DNA of 64,000 nt from the human T2T-CHM13v2.0 reference genome, Homo sapiens. Positions 13,269 to 30,002 of this stretch are shown piece after piece. The translations under genes and the position numbers were made by a program. The notes beneath the pieces were generated by a model. That model was not told the origin of the DNA, did no database searches, and saw only the letters and a program-made list of their open reading frames with translations. The stretch lies in the NCBI RefSeq assembly GCF_009914755.1, contig NC_060925.1, one strand, 5' to 3'. Numbering within the stretch: the stretch's first letter is position 1; every line of letters begins with the position of its first letter.

Positions 13269-13967
13269 TAATTAGATCTGGGTTATATAAATGATGCAAC
13301 GCATATGATAGAATGCTACAAAAAGCATTAAAAATACTATTTTGGAGGACAATCTGATGACTAAATGCTCATAGTAAATTATTAAAAGTAGAAAAAGAAG
13401 CAGCCTATAAAAGAGTGTATACAGTATGTTCTTATAAATATACCTAATCTGTGTCCATATGCATTAAAAAAAAGCTATTAAAAAACTGCTAACAGTAATT
13501 CTTGGCCAGTGGAATTATGGGTAATATTAGTTACCTTCTTCATCTGTTCTCTATTTTCCAAAATTTTAGAGTGGCTTTATATGTATTACTTTCTATATAC
13601 AAATTTTTAATTTTAAAATATATTTTAAAATATTGGATATATAGCTTTAAGTGGAAAATTTTAGTAACAATAATAAGTCCACCAGAGAGCTAATGATTGT
13701 GAAACATGTTATATCTGGTCAATATGGCAGGTTACTAGATGTTTGGTTTGGTTTGGTTTCCATGTTATTACATGTTAGTTGATTTTGCTTTTAAAATATG
13801 GATCCAGAATTTAAAATAAATTAGACCAACTGGAAATACTGAAATCCTTTTTCTTTGCTAAACATTTTAAGAACTGGGGCCTTTATCCTGCTTAGCAAGA
13901 GGAGACAGGCATCCCCAGTCAGGGCGCTGGTGTGAAGAGACATCTATAGCCAGGCATCGTTAAGAAT

Positions 13968-14079
13968 GGCAGGAGAATCGCTTGAACCCAGGAGGCGGAG
14001 GTTTCAGTGAGCCGAGATTACGCCACTGCGCTCCAGCCTGGGCAACAGAGTGAGACTCCATCTCAACAACAACAGCAAA
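13968..14079 (+). mobile_element. 5'-truncated Alu (3' part of right arm)
   Basis: GGCAGGAGAATCGCTTGAACCCAGGAGGCGGAGG...; TSD AAGAATGGCAGGAGA at 13962-13976 and 14080-14094. Confidence 0.9.
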
Positions 14080-15552
14080 AAGAATGGCAGGAGAGACATT
14101 AGTTCTGCTGCCATGAAAATGGAGGAAGATGTAGGCTTTATCTTACTGCTGGCTTTCTCTCTCTCTCAGAAAATCTTAGTGTCACAGCAGAAAAAAAATA
14201 TTAAATTATTAAAGTCTGTGCTTAAGAAGCTGAGGTGTTTTATGAACACGACTGTGACCATTAAATCCATTTTACTGTGGTCTGTGATTTTGTTTTCTTA
14301 AATTCATGGTGACATGCTACTCTGAATCATGGAGGATGGCAGGCACATTGCTTTAAAAGGTAGTTTCCTTGGTTTGAAAAGTAGCCTAGAACCTTCAGGA
14401 GAATGAACAGCAAAGGGAGGATCACCTATCTGGAAAATTACCCCAAAAAGTGGATTTTGGATTTTGTCTCAGTGCCATAGACCTGCACACTTAAACATAG
14501 TTAACATGGTAAATTTCATGTTTATGTATATTTTAACACATGCAAAAGTGTTTTTCATAGAGTTTGGATTAAAATCTTTTATCAGATACATGTTTCACAA
14601 GTATCCTTTCCCAGACTGTGGCTTGCCTTACCTTATCAGTGTTTTTTAAAGAGAAATATCTTACATTTTGATGATGTCCAATTTATCAGCTTATCATTTT
14701 ATAGTTGATAGGACAGCGCTTTGTGTCCTATCAAAAGATATTTCGTGCAACATGAGTCACAATCTATTCCTACTTTTTCTTCTAAAAGTTTCTTCTATGG
14801 CTTCAGGTCTTAAGTTTAGGTCTATGGTCCAATTTGAGTTAATTTTTATATATGGTCTAAGGTTCATTTTTAGAATGAACTTAGTCCATTTATTAAACAG
14901 GCAATCCATTCCCCATTGAATTACCTTAGTATCTTTGCCAAAAATCAATTGACCATATATGTTATGGTCTCTTTCTGGACTCTCCATTTTGTACCTTAGG
15001 ACTAATTATTGATTTATGTAATTGTCTTTTAAATCAGTTAAGAGGAAAAGGGGCTAAAACAAAAAATACATTTATACTTTATTTTATATTTACCTATGGA
15101 GTTAACTTAATTGGTGTTCTTTATCTATCACATGGATTCAAGTCACTGTCTAGTGGTCTTGCATTCTAGCCTTAAGTACTCCCTTTAGTATTTTTTGTAG
15201 GACAAGTATGCTAGAAAGAAATTCTCTCAGTTTTTGTTTGTCTGGGAATGTCTTAATTTCTCTTTCATTGAAGGAATGTTTTTGCTGGATATAGAATTCT
15301 TGATTGACAGTCATTTTTATTTCAGTACTTTGAATATATCACCCCACTGCTTCTGGCCTTTCTGGTTTACAATGAGAAGTCAGCTGCTACTCTTATTGAG
15401 GTATTCTTGTACCTGATGTGTTGCTTGTTTCTTACTGCTTTCAAAATTCTGTCTTTTTGTTTGACTTTCAACAGTTTGATTATGATGTGTCTAGATGTGG
15501 CTCTCTCTGCATTTATTCTACTTGGAATTTGTTAAACTCCTTGGATGTGTAG

Positions 15553-16116
<564 letters not shown>

Positions 16117-16175
16117 TAAAACATCACAAAGCTCAATGTTCTTACTGAGATTCAGATGTTTTTCTTGATTGCTAT

Positions 16176-16967
16176 TGAGATGAAGCAAGGACCCCCTCTT
16201 AGGGGCCTGGGAGCCCCCTCACCTCCACCCCCCTCAAGCATGGAAATTAAGGAAAATCTTGAGTTCCTTTAAGGGAAATTCCAGGTACCTAGCTAGCCTT
16301 GAAAAGTAAATAATAACTTGATAAGCAAGAAAATGATAGTAGCTTGAAAACAATAGCCAAAGAAGTTAGAATCCAGAGATGTTTGGTTCCCTGTGGAAAC
16401 TAAAGCTAACATCTTAACGTGTGTCTGTTGAGTTGCTTTTCAGAAACCTAGACCCCCACCAAATAGTTCCACTGGCACATGGACCTCAGATGAGAGGAAA
16501 CCAAGGACTGAACTCTGACCTCTGCTGTTTGTTCTAAATTTCTTCAGGAGGGGCCTGGAGGGAGTCACACCCACAAGCCAGTTAACATTCTTTACTGCTG
16601 ATTCCAAATTTTTGGACAAAGCTTTGCTTTCTTAACCAATTGCAAATCAGAAAACCTTTGTATCTGTCTATGACCTGTAAGTCCCCACTTCAAGATATCC
16701 TGCCCTTTTTGGCCAAAACCAATGTATAACCTCTATGTATTGATTTACAAATTTGCCTGTGACTTTGCTATCCTGAAATCTACCCCTGCCTTTAAAAACT
16801 GTCACCTGCAAGCCGTAGAGGAGGTCAGGATTTGAGCACTAGCTGCCTGGTTCTCCTTGCTTGGCACTGTGCAAATAAATGCCTTCCTTTCTACCACTGC
16901 AAAACCTCAGTGTGCATATCTGGTTTTGCTGCACTGAGGAAATGGATCCCAGTTTGGTTCTATAACA
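16176..16967 (+). mobile_element. ERV1 (MER4-group) solo LTR; subfamily uncertain
   Basis: TGAGA...ATAACA termini, AATAAA at ~16874, near-perfect 4-bp TSD CTAT/CTAC. Confidence 0.75.
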
Positions 16968-17027
16968 CTACAAGCTTTTGGTTAACTTCCAGAACTGAAA
17001 AAGTTGTTCTGACAAATTTTGTCAGCA

Positions 17028-17390
17028 CAGACAACCCCTGATATATAATGGTTCAACTTAAGATTTTTCAGTTTTACAGTGGTGTGAAAGCAATACGCAT
17101 TCAGTAGAAACCACACGTGGAGTACCCAAGTAACCATTCTGTTTTTCATTTTCAGTACACTCTTCAACAAATTACATGAAATATTCAACACTTTATTATA
17201 AAATAGGCTTTGTCTTAGATGATTTTGCCCAACTGTAGGCTACTATAAGTGTTCTGAGCATGTTTAAGGTAGGTTAGGCTAAGCTATGATGTTTGGTAGG
17301 TTAGGTGTGTTAAATGCATTTTTGACTTACATTTTCAACTTACAATGGATTTATCAGGACGTAACCCCATCATAAGTCAAGCAGTCATCT
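17028..17390 (-). mobile_element. MER47A (TcMar-Tigger MITE)
   Basis: GGTAGGTTAGGCTAAGCTATGATG...GGACGTAACCCCATCATAAGTC matches the reverse complement of MER47A. Confidence 0.85.
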
Positions 17391-17625
17391 CATTGTCCTG
17401 GAGGAAAGAATTTTCAGAGGCGCTTACTCTGCCATTCTGGCTGACATCCTGTCCCTTTGATCTATATGTCTATCTCTACACAAATACCTTTCCTGAATAT
17501 TGCATAGCAAATCTTAAATTAGATAGTGTAAGTATTCCAACTTGGTTCTTATTTTTCAAAATTGTTTTGTCTATTCTAGGTTATTTGCATTTCCATGAAA
17601 ATTTTAGGAATGGCTTGCTATTCTA

Positions 17626-17763
17626 GGCCAGGTGCAGTGGCTCATGCCTATAATCCCAGCTCAAGACCAGAATGATATAGTGAGACCTCATCTCCACAAA
17701 AAAAGAAAAAGAAAGAAGAAGGAAGGAAGGAAGGAAGGAAGGAAGGAAGGAAGGAAGGAAGGA

Positions 17764-17823
<60 letters not shown>

Positions 17824-17911
17824 AGGAAGGAAGGAAAGAAGGAAAGAGAAAGAAAAGAGAGAGAGAAAGAGAGAGAGAAAGAAAGAGAGAAAGGAAGAAA
17901 GAAAGAAGAAA

Positions 17912-17971
<60 letters not shown>

Positions 17972-17998
17972 AAAGAAAAGAAAAGAAAAGAAAGAGAA
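17626..17998 (+). repeat. Internally deleted Alu monomer whose tail expanded into a 301-nt pure-purine (GGAA/GAAA/GA) microsatellite
   Basis: Alu head at 17626-17697; no pyrimidine from 17698 to 17998; TSD TTGCTATTCTA at 17615-17625 and 18006-18016. Confidence 0.9.
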
Positions 17999-18761
17999 CA
18001 AGGGTTTGCTATTCTAAATGTCTACCCAGGGAATCTGCTGGGATTGTGATTCTTGTGATTCAGATTCTACAAATAAATTTGGCAAGAAATGACATCAAAA
18101 ACTACTGAGTCTTCCAACCTATGAAATATCTCTTCATTTGTTGACATCATCTTTAATTTTTCTCAGCACTCTTTTGTATGAAATAGTTTTCAGTGTACAG
18201 GTCATGTACATATTTTGTGAAATATATCACAATATTTTGTTCTTTTGATGCAATTGTAAATATATTGTATATATTTTATATGTATATATTTATATGTATA
18301 TATTTTAATCTAATTTTCGAATTGTTCATTGCTAGTAGATAAAAATGCAACTCATTTTTATATATTGGCATTGCTAAGCTCACCTATTCTGCTACCATTT
18401 TTGTAAATTCATTACTATTTTATACATATATAATCATGTCACATCATTTGTGAATATAATCAGTTTTATTTTTCACTTTTACATTTATGCATATGACTTC
18501 TTTTTCTGGTCTTATTTCACTGATGAAGACCTCTGGTACAAAATGAAATAGAAAGGGCAAAAGCAAATATCCCTCCCTTGCTCCAGATCTTAGAGGTGGA
18601 ACATTCTGTCTTTCATCACTAAGCATGTATCTATCAGGCTGAGAAAAAATTACCTTCTATTTTTATTCCATTTCCCTTCTATTTGTTGAGTGTTTTTAAT
18701 CATAAATGGGTATTAAATTTCATTAAATGGTCTTTCTATAGAGATGACTATATTTCCTGTC

Positions 18762-19129
<368 letters not shown>

Positions 19130-19482
19130 TAAATCTGTTAATGTGATGAATTACATTAATTTTTCACATGTTAAACCAACCTTACATTCCTGGTAGAGAT
19201 CCTACTTCATAATCATGTATTCTGGATTATATTACTAAATTTGATTTGCTAAACTTTTTGTCAAGAATTTTCATTAACTATGTTCTTGAAAGATGTTGGT
19301 ATGTAATTTTCTTTTCTTCTACTGTCTTTGTATAGTTTTGGTATCAGAACAATATTGTCCTCAAAGAATGAGTTGAAAAAGTTCCCTCCTCTTCTATTTC
19401 TGGAAGAGTTTGTGTAGAATTGACATTATTTATATTTTAAATATTTGATAGAATTTAGCTGTGAAGCCATCTGGGCCTGGAG

Positions 19483-19491
19483 TTCTCTCTC

Positions 19492-19537
<46 letters not shown>

Positions 19538-19572
19538 TGTGTGTGTGTGTGTGTATGTGTGTGTGTGTGTGT
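19483..19572. repeat. Compound (CT)n(GT)n microsatellite
   Basis: Read directly from the sequence. Confidence 0.95.
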
Positions 19573-19732
19573 TTCAGTAAACTTTTTATCATAGGATAGT
19601 TTTAGATTTACAGGAAAGATGTGAAGATAGTATCAAGAGTTTCCATATACTTCATACTTGGTTTCCCCACCATTGATATTTTGCATTGTATATTTGTCAC
19701 AACTATGACCTGATACTGATGAATTATTATTA

Positions 19733-20033
19733 TTATTATGTTTTTAATTGAGATAGAGTCTCGCTCTGTCCCCCAGGCTGGAGTACAGTGGTGCGATCTT
19801 GGCTCATTGCAACCTCCGCTGCCCAGGTTCAAGTGATTCTTCTGCCTCAGCCTACTGAGTAACTGGGACTACAGGTGCACACCACCACACCCGGCTAATT
19901 TGTTTGCATTTTTAGTAGAAATGGTTTTTTGTCATGTTGGCCAGACTGGTCTCGAACTCCTGACCTCAAGTGATCCACCTGCCTTGGCCTCCCAAAGTGC
20001 TGAGATTACAAGCGTGAGCCACGGAGCCAGGCC
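19733..20033 (-). mobile_element. AluSx-like
   Basis: Full antisense Alu; TSD-like CTGATG(A/C)ATTATTATT on both flanks. Confidence 0.92.
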
Positions 20034-20797
20034 TGATGCATTATTATTGACGAAAGTCCATATTTCATTCACCTTTTCTTTTTACTGAATGTCTTTTTTT
20101 CTGTTGGGATCGCATCCTGGGTAGCACATTACCTCTGGTCATCACGTCTCTTTTGATTCCCCTTGGTCGTGACAGTTTCCTCACACTTTCCTTGTTTTCG
20201 ATGACCTTGACAGTTTTGAGGAATATGGGTTAGGAATTTTGTAGAATGTCCATCAGTTGGGCTTTGTTTGATGTTTTCTGAAACTATACTGGGACGATGG
20301 GTTTTTGAGAGGAAGACTACAGAGGTAAAGCGCCATTGCCATCACATCACACCACGGTATGCACTATCAACTGGAATCACTGTTGATACTAAGTTTCTCC
20401 TGCTGAGGTCAGGCTTGCCAGGTTCCTCCACTGTAAAATTACTCTCTTTATTCTAAGGAAGTTTTAAACTATGTATTTAATTTCCCTAATAAATACAGGG
20501 CTATTGATAACATTTCTTCCCAAGTGAGGTTTGTGTCTTTCAAGACATTTTTTCATTTTATTCCATTTGCTGAATTTATTGACATAAATTGTCCACCCCT
20601 TTCCCTTATATCTTCTTAATATTTATCAAAGGTGAAGTGGTGGCCCTTCTCTTATTCCTAATATTAGTAACTTGTGTCTTCTCTCTTTATAAATTTTTTT
20701 CTTTATCTTTTCATCTCTTATCTTTTTTATGTCTTATTAGTTTCACAGGGGAAGGGTCTTATAAATTTTATTTATCCTCTAACAAAACTAGCTTTTA

Positions 20798-21158
<361 letters not shown>

Positions 21159-23684
21159 TAGTTTCTTTTTAACTATTTACTATTTTGTTTCTTCTGATTA
21201 ACTTAGCCTTAATTTGCTAAGACTAAGTTTTAAGCTATAAATTTAGTTTCCCTAATACATATAGGGCTATGTGGAGAGCTAGTTCATTCATTTTCAAGCT
21301 ATCTACCTACATTCGCATAACATGCTACAGATTTCTAAGTACTGTTTTAGCTGCAGCCAACAAATGTTTACATGTTACGTTTTCATTTTGTTCACCCTCA
21401 GAGATTCTTCTTTGTTTATTGTATATATTTAAGGTGCAAATAATTTCATTTTTATTTAGTTCAAATATTTTCTAATTTCTCTTGTCATTTCTTGTTTGAC
21501 TCATGGGGTTATTTAGAAGTATGTAGTTTAATTTCCAAACATTTGGGAGGATTTTTAAGGTATCTTTCTGTAAGTGATTTCTAGTTTAATTCCTTTGTGG
21601 TCAGAAAACATACTTCGTATGACTTAAATCCTTTTAAATTCATTGAGACTTATACTATGATCCAGAATATGGTCTATTTTGTTAAATGATTCATATGCAC
21701 TTAAAAATAATGTATATTGTGCTATTCTGAGATGGAGTGTTACATAAATGACAAGTTGGTTGATAGTGTTGTTCAAATATTCTATATTTTTACTAATTTT
21801 ATTTCTTCCTGTTCCATCAGTCATTGAGAGAGATGTTGAAATCTCTAACTATAACTGTGAACTTGATTACTTCTTCTTTCAGTTCTATCAGTTTTAATTT
21901 CTTTTGAAGCTGGGATATCAGGTTAATACATATTTAGCATTTTGATATCCTCTTGATTACTTGATCTCTTTATTATTATGAAATTATCCCTTTTATCCCA
22001 CTTAATGTTTTACTGTATTTATATTTTAGATATTGTATTCTTCATCTTTATAAGCTTCACTCATGTCTTTTTATTCTTTCATTTATTGCTTCATTGTATC
22101 CTTTTCCTCTACTTTCTTATACAATGGAACTTATTTGTAACCATTTTAATATTCTGATCTGCTAATTCTGTCATCTCTATCATCTCTTTCATTTCTGGGT
22201 GTTTCTATTGGTTACTTTGTCTCCTGATAATGGTTCAAATTTTCTTGCTTTTTGCATTTCTAGTAATTTTTTATTGGATCATGAATATTTTGGGATTTAC
22301 ATTTTGGGGGTGCTGAATCTTTTGATTCCTTTAAAAAGTGTTGGACTTAGTTCTGGTAGACAATTAAGTTATTTGGAATCAGTTTGCTCCTTTCAAGCCT
22401 GCTATCAAGCATTTCGGGGGCATGTCTGAGTCAGCCTTCAGTCTAAGGCTAATAATTTATCCCAACTAGTAAGATGGTATTTTCCTGTCTTGTGTATTTA
22501 TTGCAAGGTCTGTCCATTTGGCTAGTGGGAACACAAATTATTCCTGCTTATGTGCGAGCACCAGGAATGTTTAGCCTACTGCCTTGCAGAGTAGTTACCC
22601 AGGTCCAGGTAGTTCCCTTTCACACGTGGGCAGGTCAGTGTTCGTCTAAAGGTGTGCCTGGTTTCCTCCACAGGTTTCTTGAGCTATTTCTTGGTGCAGC
22701 TCCTTCTTTTTTTCTTCAGTATTCTGTTCCACAAATTCTAACCACTTTGGCTTCCTCCCTCCCACTTCTGATCTCTTTCTCCTGAGCTCAGTGTAATCCT
22801 CAGACAGTGTGGGAACTGCTTCCTGCGCTACAGCCTGGAAATTGCCTCCTGGCACTTAGCTGGGGCAACTGTAGGGCTATCTTGTTTGTCACCCTCGCTC
22901 AGCAGTCTCAATCTTGTACTGCCTATTGTCCAATTTCTGAAGAAAAAAAACATGATTTCTTATCATTTTGTCCAGTTTTCAAGTTGTGTAAAGTGGGAGG
23001 GTAATTCCGGCCCCAGTAGTCCTTCATGGGCAAAAGTGGAAGTCTCAGATGCTCTTTTAACAAGTTTTGTGATAGAGAGCAAGAGAGAAGTAGCTTGAAG
23101 GTCAGGCAGAATCAAGTGAATCTTTTTCTTTAAGTTGGAAAAGAGATTTTCTTCTGTAGACAAGAGAGAATGAGCAAAGAATAAATGCCATTAGAACTAA
23201 AGTTTGTGATACTTGGTAGAAAGCTTCAAAAAGCTCATTTCTGGTGACATTTATGTTTTGTATATTGTGGGAGGTACAGTCATCCAGTAAAAATGGCATG
23301 TGACAAAAGAAAATGGTGAAAGTTTAAAGATCAGCTGGAGGAGGCAGGGAGGGTAAAGTAGAGCTGATTAGGGAAGAAAAAAAAAACACTGGTGACCAGG
23401 TGAGAGGGGACATATTGTAAGCCGTAGGTTAGTCATGATGTCCCTCAAAGAAATACGTAACTTGAATGGCAGCACTAAACATGTCTGAAATGATGCCCTT
23501 GACCATGAGACCTATAAGACCATGTTCTATAAAACCCAAGGTTCACAGACATTGAGCACTGTTGAAAAGTCATTCCTCTGGGCAGTCTCTAAATATCATT
23601 AGAGCAAGGTGCTGCATTTCCAGTCCTGTTCCCAGGTCTGGCTGTAAAGGCTTCCTTAGATCCTTGGCTCTTGTTACTCTATTA

Positions 23685-24150
<466 letters not shown>

Positions 24151-25250
24151 AAAGAAGAGGTCACACATGGTCAGATGTGTAGGTCAAAACCACGCCGTCA
24201 ACCCTTATGAAAGAGTACCCAAGGGCGGAGACTTGGAGCTTTCAAAGAGGCACTGTTAGGACAGTTGACTTCACCTGGGCTGACTAGACCTGAGTCCTTT
24301 TCTCTGTGTCTCGTTTGGCTGCCAGCCCTTGCCAGCTTGGGATTTTTGGATTTGCCTACAGTGTCAGTTTCTTACCCATGTTTTGCCCAAATTTTGCATG
24401 GCGAGTGTGCTGAAAGACCCCAGCCAGATCCCCCCGTTCCTTTCACTTCACAAGCTAGCGTTTGGCATCCAGCGCATCTGGGTCCCTGTCAGACTTTGTG
24501 TGAATTAGTAAAAGCTTCCTTTTATGTGTAGTCCCATGTGAGGGCTTCTAGCCTGGCAGATGGAACCTAGGTTAGATTTTAGCCCTTGCTCACCCCCTTG
24601 ACCCGCTCCCCGTATAGCGTACAACCCACATGACTGTACACAGCTGGCACAGTGCCCTTCATTTCCTTGCCTTGACTCCCTACCTTCTCTCTTGGCATTA
24701 GCAATTAATAGTGACTTTGTCTGCCAGGCAGGCTCCTGACCTCTTAATTCACTGCTTTTTATGTCAGTACAGGTGTCCTTCCAGGTGGTCTCAGTCCCAC
24801 CCAGGTGTCTGCAATGGTGCCTGACAGCTATCCGCTTCACACTGTTAAGCCCTGAGCCAAGGATGATGATGACACACTGTGTATTAGGAGAAACATCCTC
24901 TCTATTGGGGGCATAGAATCTACTGCCACTGTCTTCTATCCAGATTTGCCTGAGGTGACTTGAGTTTCCGGAGCCCCTCATGGGAACAGAGTTGTGGCTT
25001 TCCCACACACCCCATCGAGGGCTGTCAGTCTACACAACCAGTCAGGCCTTCTCTCCCGCCATGTCCCTGCGAATCACTCTCATTTCCACCAGAGTCTGGG
25101 CCATGATGCCCTGGGAACCCCACACTGATCATCTGTAGCCTTGTTCTGACCCCTTGTCTAGACAGTGCTGGACTTTTCCCTTAATGCGAGGCCTGACTTG
25201 CAGGGTCTTTTCAAACTTTACAGTGGTTCTGTTAGAAAGTCTTGGGAGGA

Positions 25251-25872
<622 letters not shown>

Positions 25873-26554
25873 TTGGGGTGTGGACCTTTCTGTTCCGTTT
25901 CCCGGTATGGTGCTGCTTTCTCAGGTTATTGGGAGGACTGCGGGAGCTCCTCCCTCCTGGGCATCCACTCGCGTTTCTCAGGTGAGGAGTTGCTACCTGG
26001 GCCTCTCTGTAATCATGTCAGCTGCAAAGGAAGCTGAGAAACAATCAAGGAAAACGCCTGCTGCGGATGTCTCTGAGTTCCAAGCCCCCTGCACTAGGAT
26101 CTGATTGATCTCCTCTGTTTAACTTACAGTGTTTGATTTCTCGTGCTTTTGAGCTCTCAAGGCTGCTTTAACAATGCTGTTCTTGAAATATGCTGATAAT
26201 TTCCTTTGAGACAACTGGCCTGCTCATTTCAAAATGACAGGTTTTCTCTTTCAGTACTTTAACTGTGAGCTCTCTTTGATTGAAGAAGAAAAGTTATCTT
26301 CTCAATTCTCATCCCCACATGAAAGAACATGATGGGAAGAAGCCTTTGAATAATGAGCCATGACTTCTACTTCAAACTGCTTGCTCTGTTGATCCAAGTG
26401 GAGAACCTCTTTCCATATCAGAAGCCAGTCTTGGCCATCCCCCTACCTAACCTCACTCAGCCTTTAATAAGCAGGTAATGGCATCTGCTTCCAGGGAGGA
26501 AGATGCTCCGTGATGACTGGTCTTTAAGGACAGAAGAGTGGGCCAACGTGTTGA

Positions 26555-26954
26555 TGTTTTAGACCATTTGTGTTACTATCAAGGCATACCTGAGGCTGGG
26601 TAATTTATAAAGTAAATAGGTTCAATTGGCTCGTGATTCTGCCGACTGGAAGATTAGGCATGTGGTGAAAGCCTCTGGCTGCTTCCACTCATGATGGAAG
26701 CTGAGGGGCAGCCAGCCTGTGCAGAGATCGTAAGGCAAGAGAGAACGCAAGAGGTGCGGGGGGAGATGCCAGGCTCTTTTTTACAACCAGCTTTGTGGGA
26801 ACTCATACAGCAAGGACTTACTCATTACCTCGAGGATGGCACCAAGACATTCCTGAGGGATCCGCCCCCAAGACCCAAACACCTCCCATTGGTCTCCACC
26901 TCCAACACGGAGATCAAATTTCAACAGGAGGTTTGAGAGGACAGACATACAACA
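26555..26954 (-). mobile_element. MST-family MaLR LTR
   Basis: ATACCTGAGGCTGGGTAATTTATAAAG...CACCTCCAACAC.GGATCAAATTTCAACA.GAG.TTTG. Confidence 0.8.
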
Positions 26955-27677
26955 ATAAGGTGAAGATTACTTGGAGAAAGCTGGAGGCCTGAGTCCTCAG
27001 CACTGTGCAACTGACAAAGAAGGAGGGGGAGAAGGAGAAAGAGGAAGACGAAGAAGAAAAGAAGAAGAGACGGAGATGTTTGTATTTTTGTAGTCCAAGT
27101 TCTTACAGAACAGAGTTCCTGGTTAGGCAAGGCTTTAAACACCCTGAAATCAAGGACTGGTCATTCAGTAACGCTGTCTGCAATGCCTGTGATGCTGGGT
27201 ATGAGGTTGCATGCAACCATAGTTTGCTGGAGAACAAGAGAGAGATGTATGAGGCAGGGCTTTAGCCCTTCATGACCTTACAGGATAGTAGGAGTGACGG
27301 ATGGGTACAAGAGTCATTACCATGTAATAAGATATGGGATCTATGTGTGCATGGTGTACTCAATAGTAGAGCAACACTTAGTGGAGAGAGTTTCTGTGGG
27401 CTGGGTCTGCAGAAGGCTTTATGCTAGTGGTCATCTTTGAGCGAAACCTTAAGGTTTTACAGATAGTAAAAGCAAGATGTATGTCATGACATTCACTGTG
27501 ATCTCACCAGTGTCTGTTTCCTTCCACCTCTCCATTGCCTAACAGAAAACCAATTTTAATTCTGGCATCTACCTCTTTCCATCACAGGCTAAGCACTTTT
27601 GGAAATGCTTGACTGACCTTAAGCCAGTCAGCACTGTCCATTCCTCTGGCCATTTCATTATTTTGGTGAGAGTACTA

Positions 27678-28215
27678 TATTAATTGTATTTTCTTATTTT
27701 CTGTATTCTTGATGCTCTGACATCTAGGTCCTCACTGACTGGAGAGAGACTGCCTCTTCCAGGGCTCAGAGATAGAGTAGCAAAAGGTCCACCCAGGTCT
27801 TTCATAGGCAAACTAACAAATCCAGAGCTCATACTCTGAGCCACCTCTCCTATCTGGCTCTTGCACTCCAGGAAGCAATATTCCTGTGCCTTAAATCATC
27901 CCAGGGCCTGGTACAGCCAACCTGGGCCAGCCCCTACACTCCAGAGCCCATTGAAATTATTCATACTAGCCAGTCCTAAGCCTGCTTACTGTGCCTTGCC
28001 TAACCTTTCCTGTGGAAACCACAGTAAAGGGTCCTGGTCATGCTTTTCCCTCTCTCCCATTGCCCTGAGATCCAATTTGGTGTTTCCGCCTGCACCAGCA
28101 GGGATTGCTTCATCTCAGGAACTGTGAGTAACAAACTATCTTTTCAGTGGTGGTCATTGCATGACCTGTTGGCCTCATCATACCTGAATAATAATAAAGC
28201 CTACACTTTAAAACA
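27678..28215 (+). mobile_element. ERVL LTR (MER74-like)
   Basis: GTATTCTTGATGCTCTGACATCT...GACTGCCTCTTCCAGGGCT...AATAATAAAG. Confidence 0.6.
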
Positions 28216-28705
28216 AGTATGACTTAAGTCCGTGCAATCAGGGTAAATTTCTGGGGTCTGCTTGGAATTATGACCCAGAAGCACTCTCTCTCTTCCACTG
28301 GATATCAGTGAGGAAAGGTTATGGCCCTTGTTGTACATGGCAGGCATCCAAAAACCACAAGAGGAGCCACCTGAGCTGGACAGAAGACTAGAGAGGCAGA
28401 CACAGCCTTCTAGGACATCACTGAACCTCCAAGCCACTGACCAACTACACCTGAAGTCCGCCTGTCTTGTCAGTCAACAGAGCTCCCTTTAGGTAGTTTA
28501 AAGCCTGTAATACAATAAAGACTATTCAGAGGCTCAGAGAATGGTGGGAAGTAGTCTCTGGGCTGCATTTACAGGGACAGCTTCCAGCTCTTCTTTGCAG
28601 AACTGATGTGAAATGGAAACTGTTGCTGCCATCAACCTGAGCAGCCTCTGCTTGGGCCAACGCAATGGATGCCCCTGGCCCTTGTCTTTTATAGCTGGCT
28701 TCAAA

Positions 28706-28817
28706 TAGAGTGATCAACTCAGCTCAGGTTACCCAGGACTTTGCCAATTTTAGCACAGAAAGTCTCACATTCAAGACTCCCTCAGTGCCAGGCAAACCAG
28801 AATGGTTGGTCACCCTA
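28706..28817. mobile_element. MER81 (hAT-Blackjack MITE)
   Basis: TIRs TAGAGTGATCAACT and TGGTTGGTCACCCTA; ~112 bp. Confidence 0.8.
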
Positions 28818-30002
28818 CTTCCCAATAGAAGTTATAGGAGAGTGCAACTGAGTGATAGAATCTATTTCCCCAGCAGCAAGAGGGACTGGGTCTTTTCATT
28901 GGAAAGGAGGAATTTACAATGTGGGGAATGACCAGAAATGTGGAGAGGATGTTTAAGCAATTTTGAGCAGTCAAGAATGACAAATGTATTTAATACAATA
29001 AAGCATCATACCTAGACTTTCCAGGTCCATGAGCAAGATGAGGCACTTGCAATTGGGCTTGCAACCAGAGCTCCCTACTTGATACAGAGGCTTTCAGCAG
29101 CTTCTACTAGAGAGCTGCTGTGCTGAACTGAGAGCGAGTACCCTGGTGTTATTCACAAGAGAATGAGGTCCGATGTCTAGGGCTTTTCTCATAGGATTGC
29201 AGATTTACCATATTTTACCTTGTGGTGCCAGGGACAAAGACATGAAAAATAAGCAAATAGATAGGAAGGGGGGCAATAAAATCTACTGTTTATTAAATGA
29301 AAGAATGAATTTAATTTTTTAACCCTTGATGACAATGAGCTATGCCACCTTCTTGAGAATGTGGCACCAAAGTCCAGAGGACAAAGTAATAAGACTAGAA
29401 GTCCCTGAATACATATCTGAATGAAGTAATGAGGGAGAGGCATAGAAGATGGTGTTTCACGAGTCGTTTATCAAACTGTCTGCACTGCAGCATTCAGCAT
29501 CTGGACCAGCTCTGTCAACATCACTTGCAGTTGTTGTTGAATCACATGTGACATGACAAGTCCCCAACAGGTCTGGGCTGACAGCCAGCCTGCCTCCACT
29601 GCAGTGACACCTAGTGCAAAGCCTGTATTTGGGACTCAGCCTATAAAAGAGGACCACCCACCCCTGTCCACCACCACCACAGTTGCCTGCCACCATTGTA
29701 GAACAAACTACAGGAGAATGTCACACATACCCTAGGGGATACGTTCACTCTGCTCTTTGAAAAGTCTTTGCATACACTGTGTTTCAGGTGAGCCCCTCCT
29801 ATGTCACCTGGAGAGATAGGCAGGATAGGCATTGTGATGTCCATGTTAGAGAAAAGCAAGCTCAGATCCCAAGAGAGTACGACACGCCTGCTGTGATACC
29901 GTTTGTCACAGGTAGCTCTTTGCCTTTGATGGGTGAGAGAGGCAAAGAAGGTGGCAAGACTAGTCTCATCTGTTAAATGTCAGTCATCAAAACCAAAGCT
30001 GA

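Noticed and set aside
13700-14460. Possible processed pseudogene or UTR retrocopy in unique-looking sequence
   Set aside because: No recognisable parent, poly-A tail or TSD.
17632-18108. Lys/Glu/Arg-rich 158-aa ORF and its Phe/Leu/Ser antisense ORF
   Set aside because: Microsatellite translation.
29368-29376. HNF4-type motif CAAAGTCCA (and CAAAGGTCA near 35462) as a liver enhancer
   Set aside because: A 9-mer is expected about 0.5 times by chance in 64 kb on two strands, and there is no supporting cluster. By recall, the known lipid-associated enhancer lies deeper in intron 1, beyond this window.
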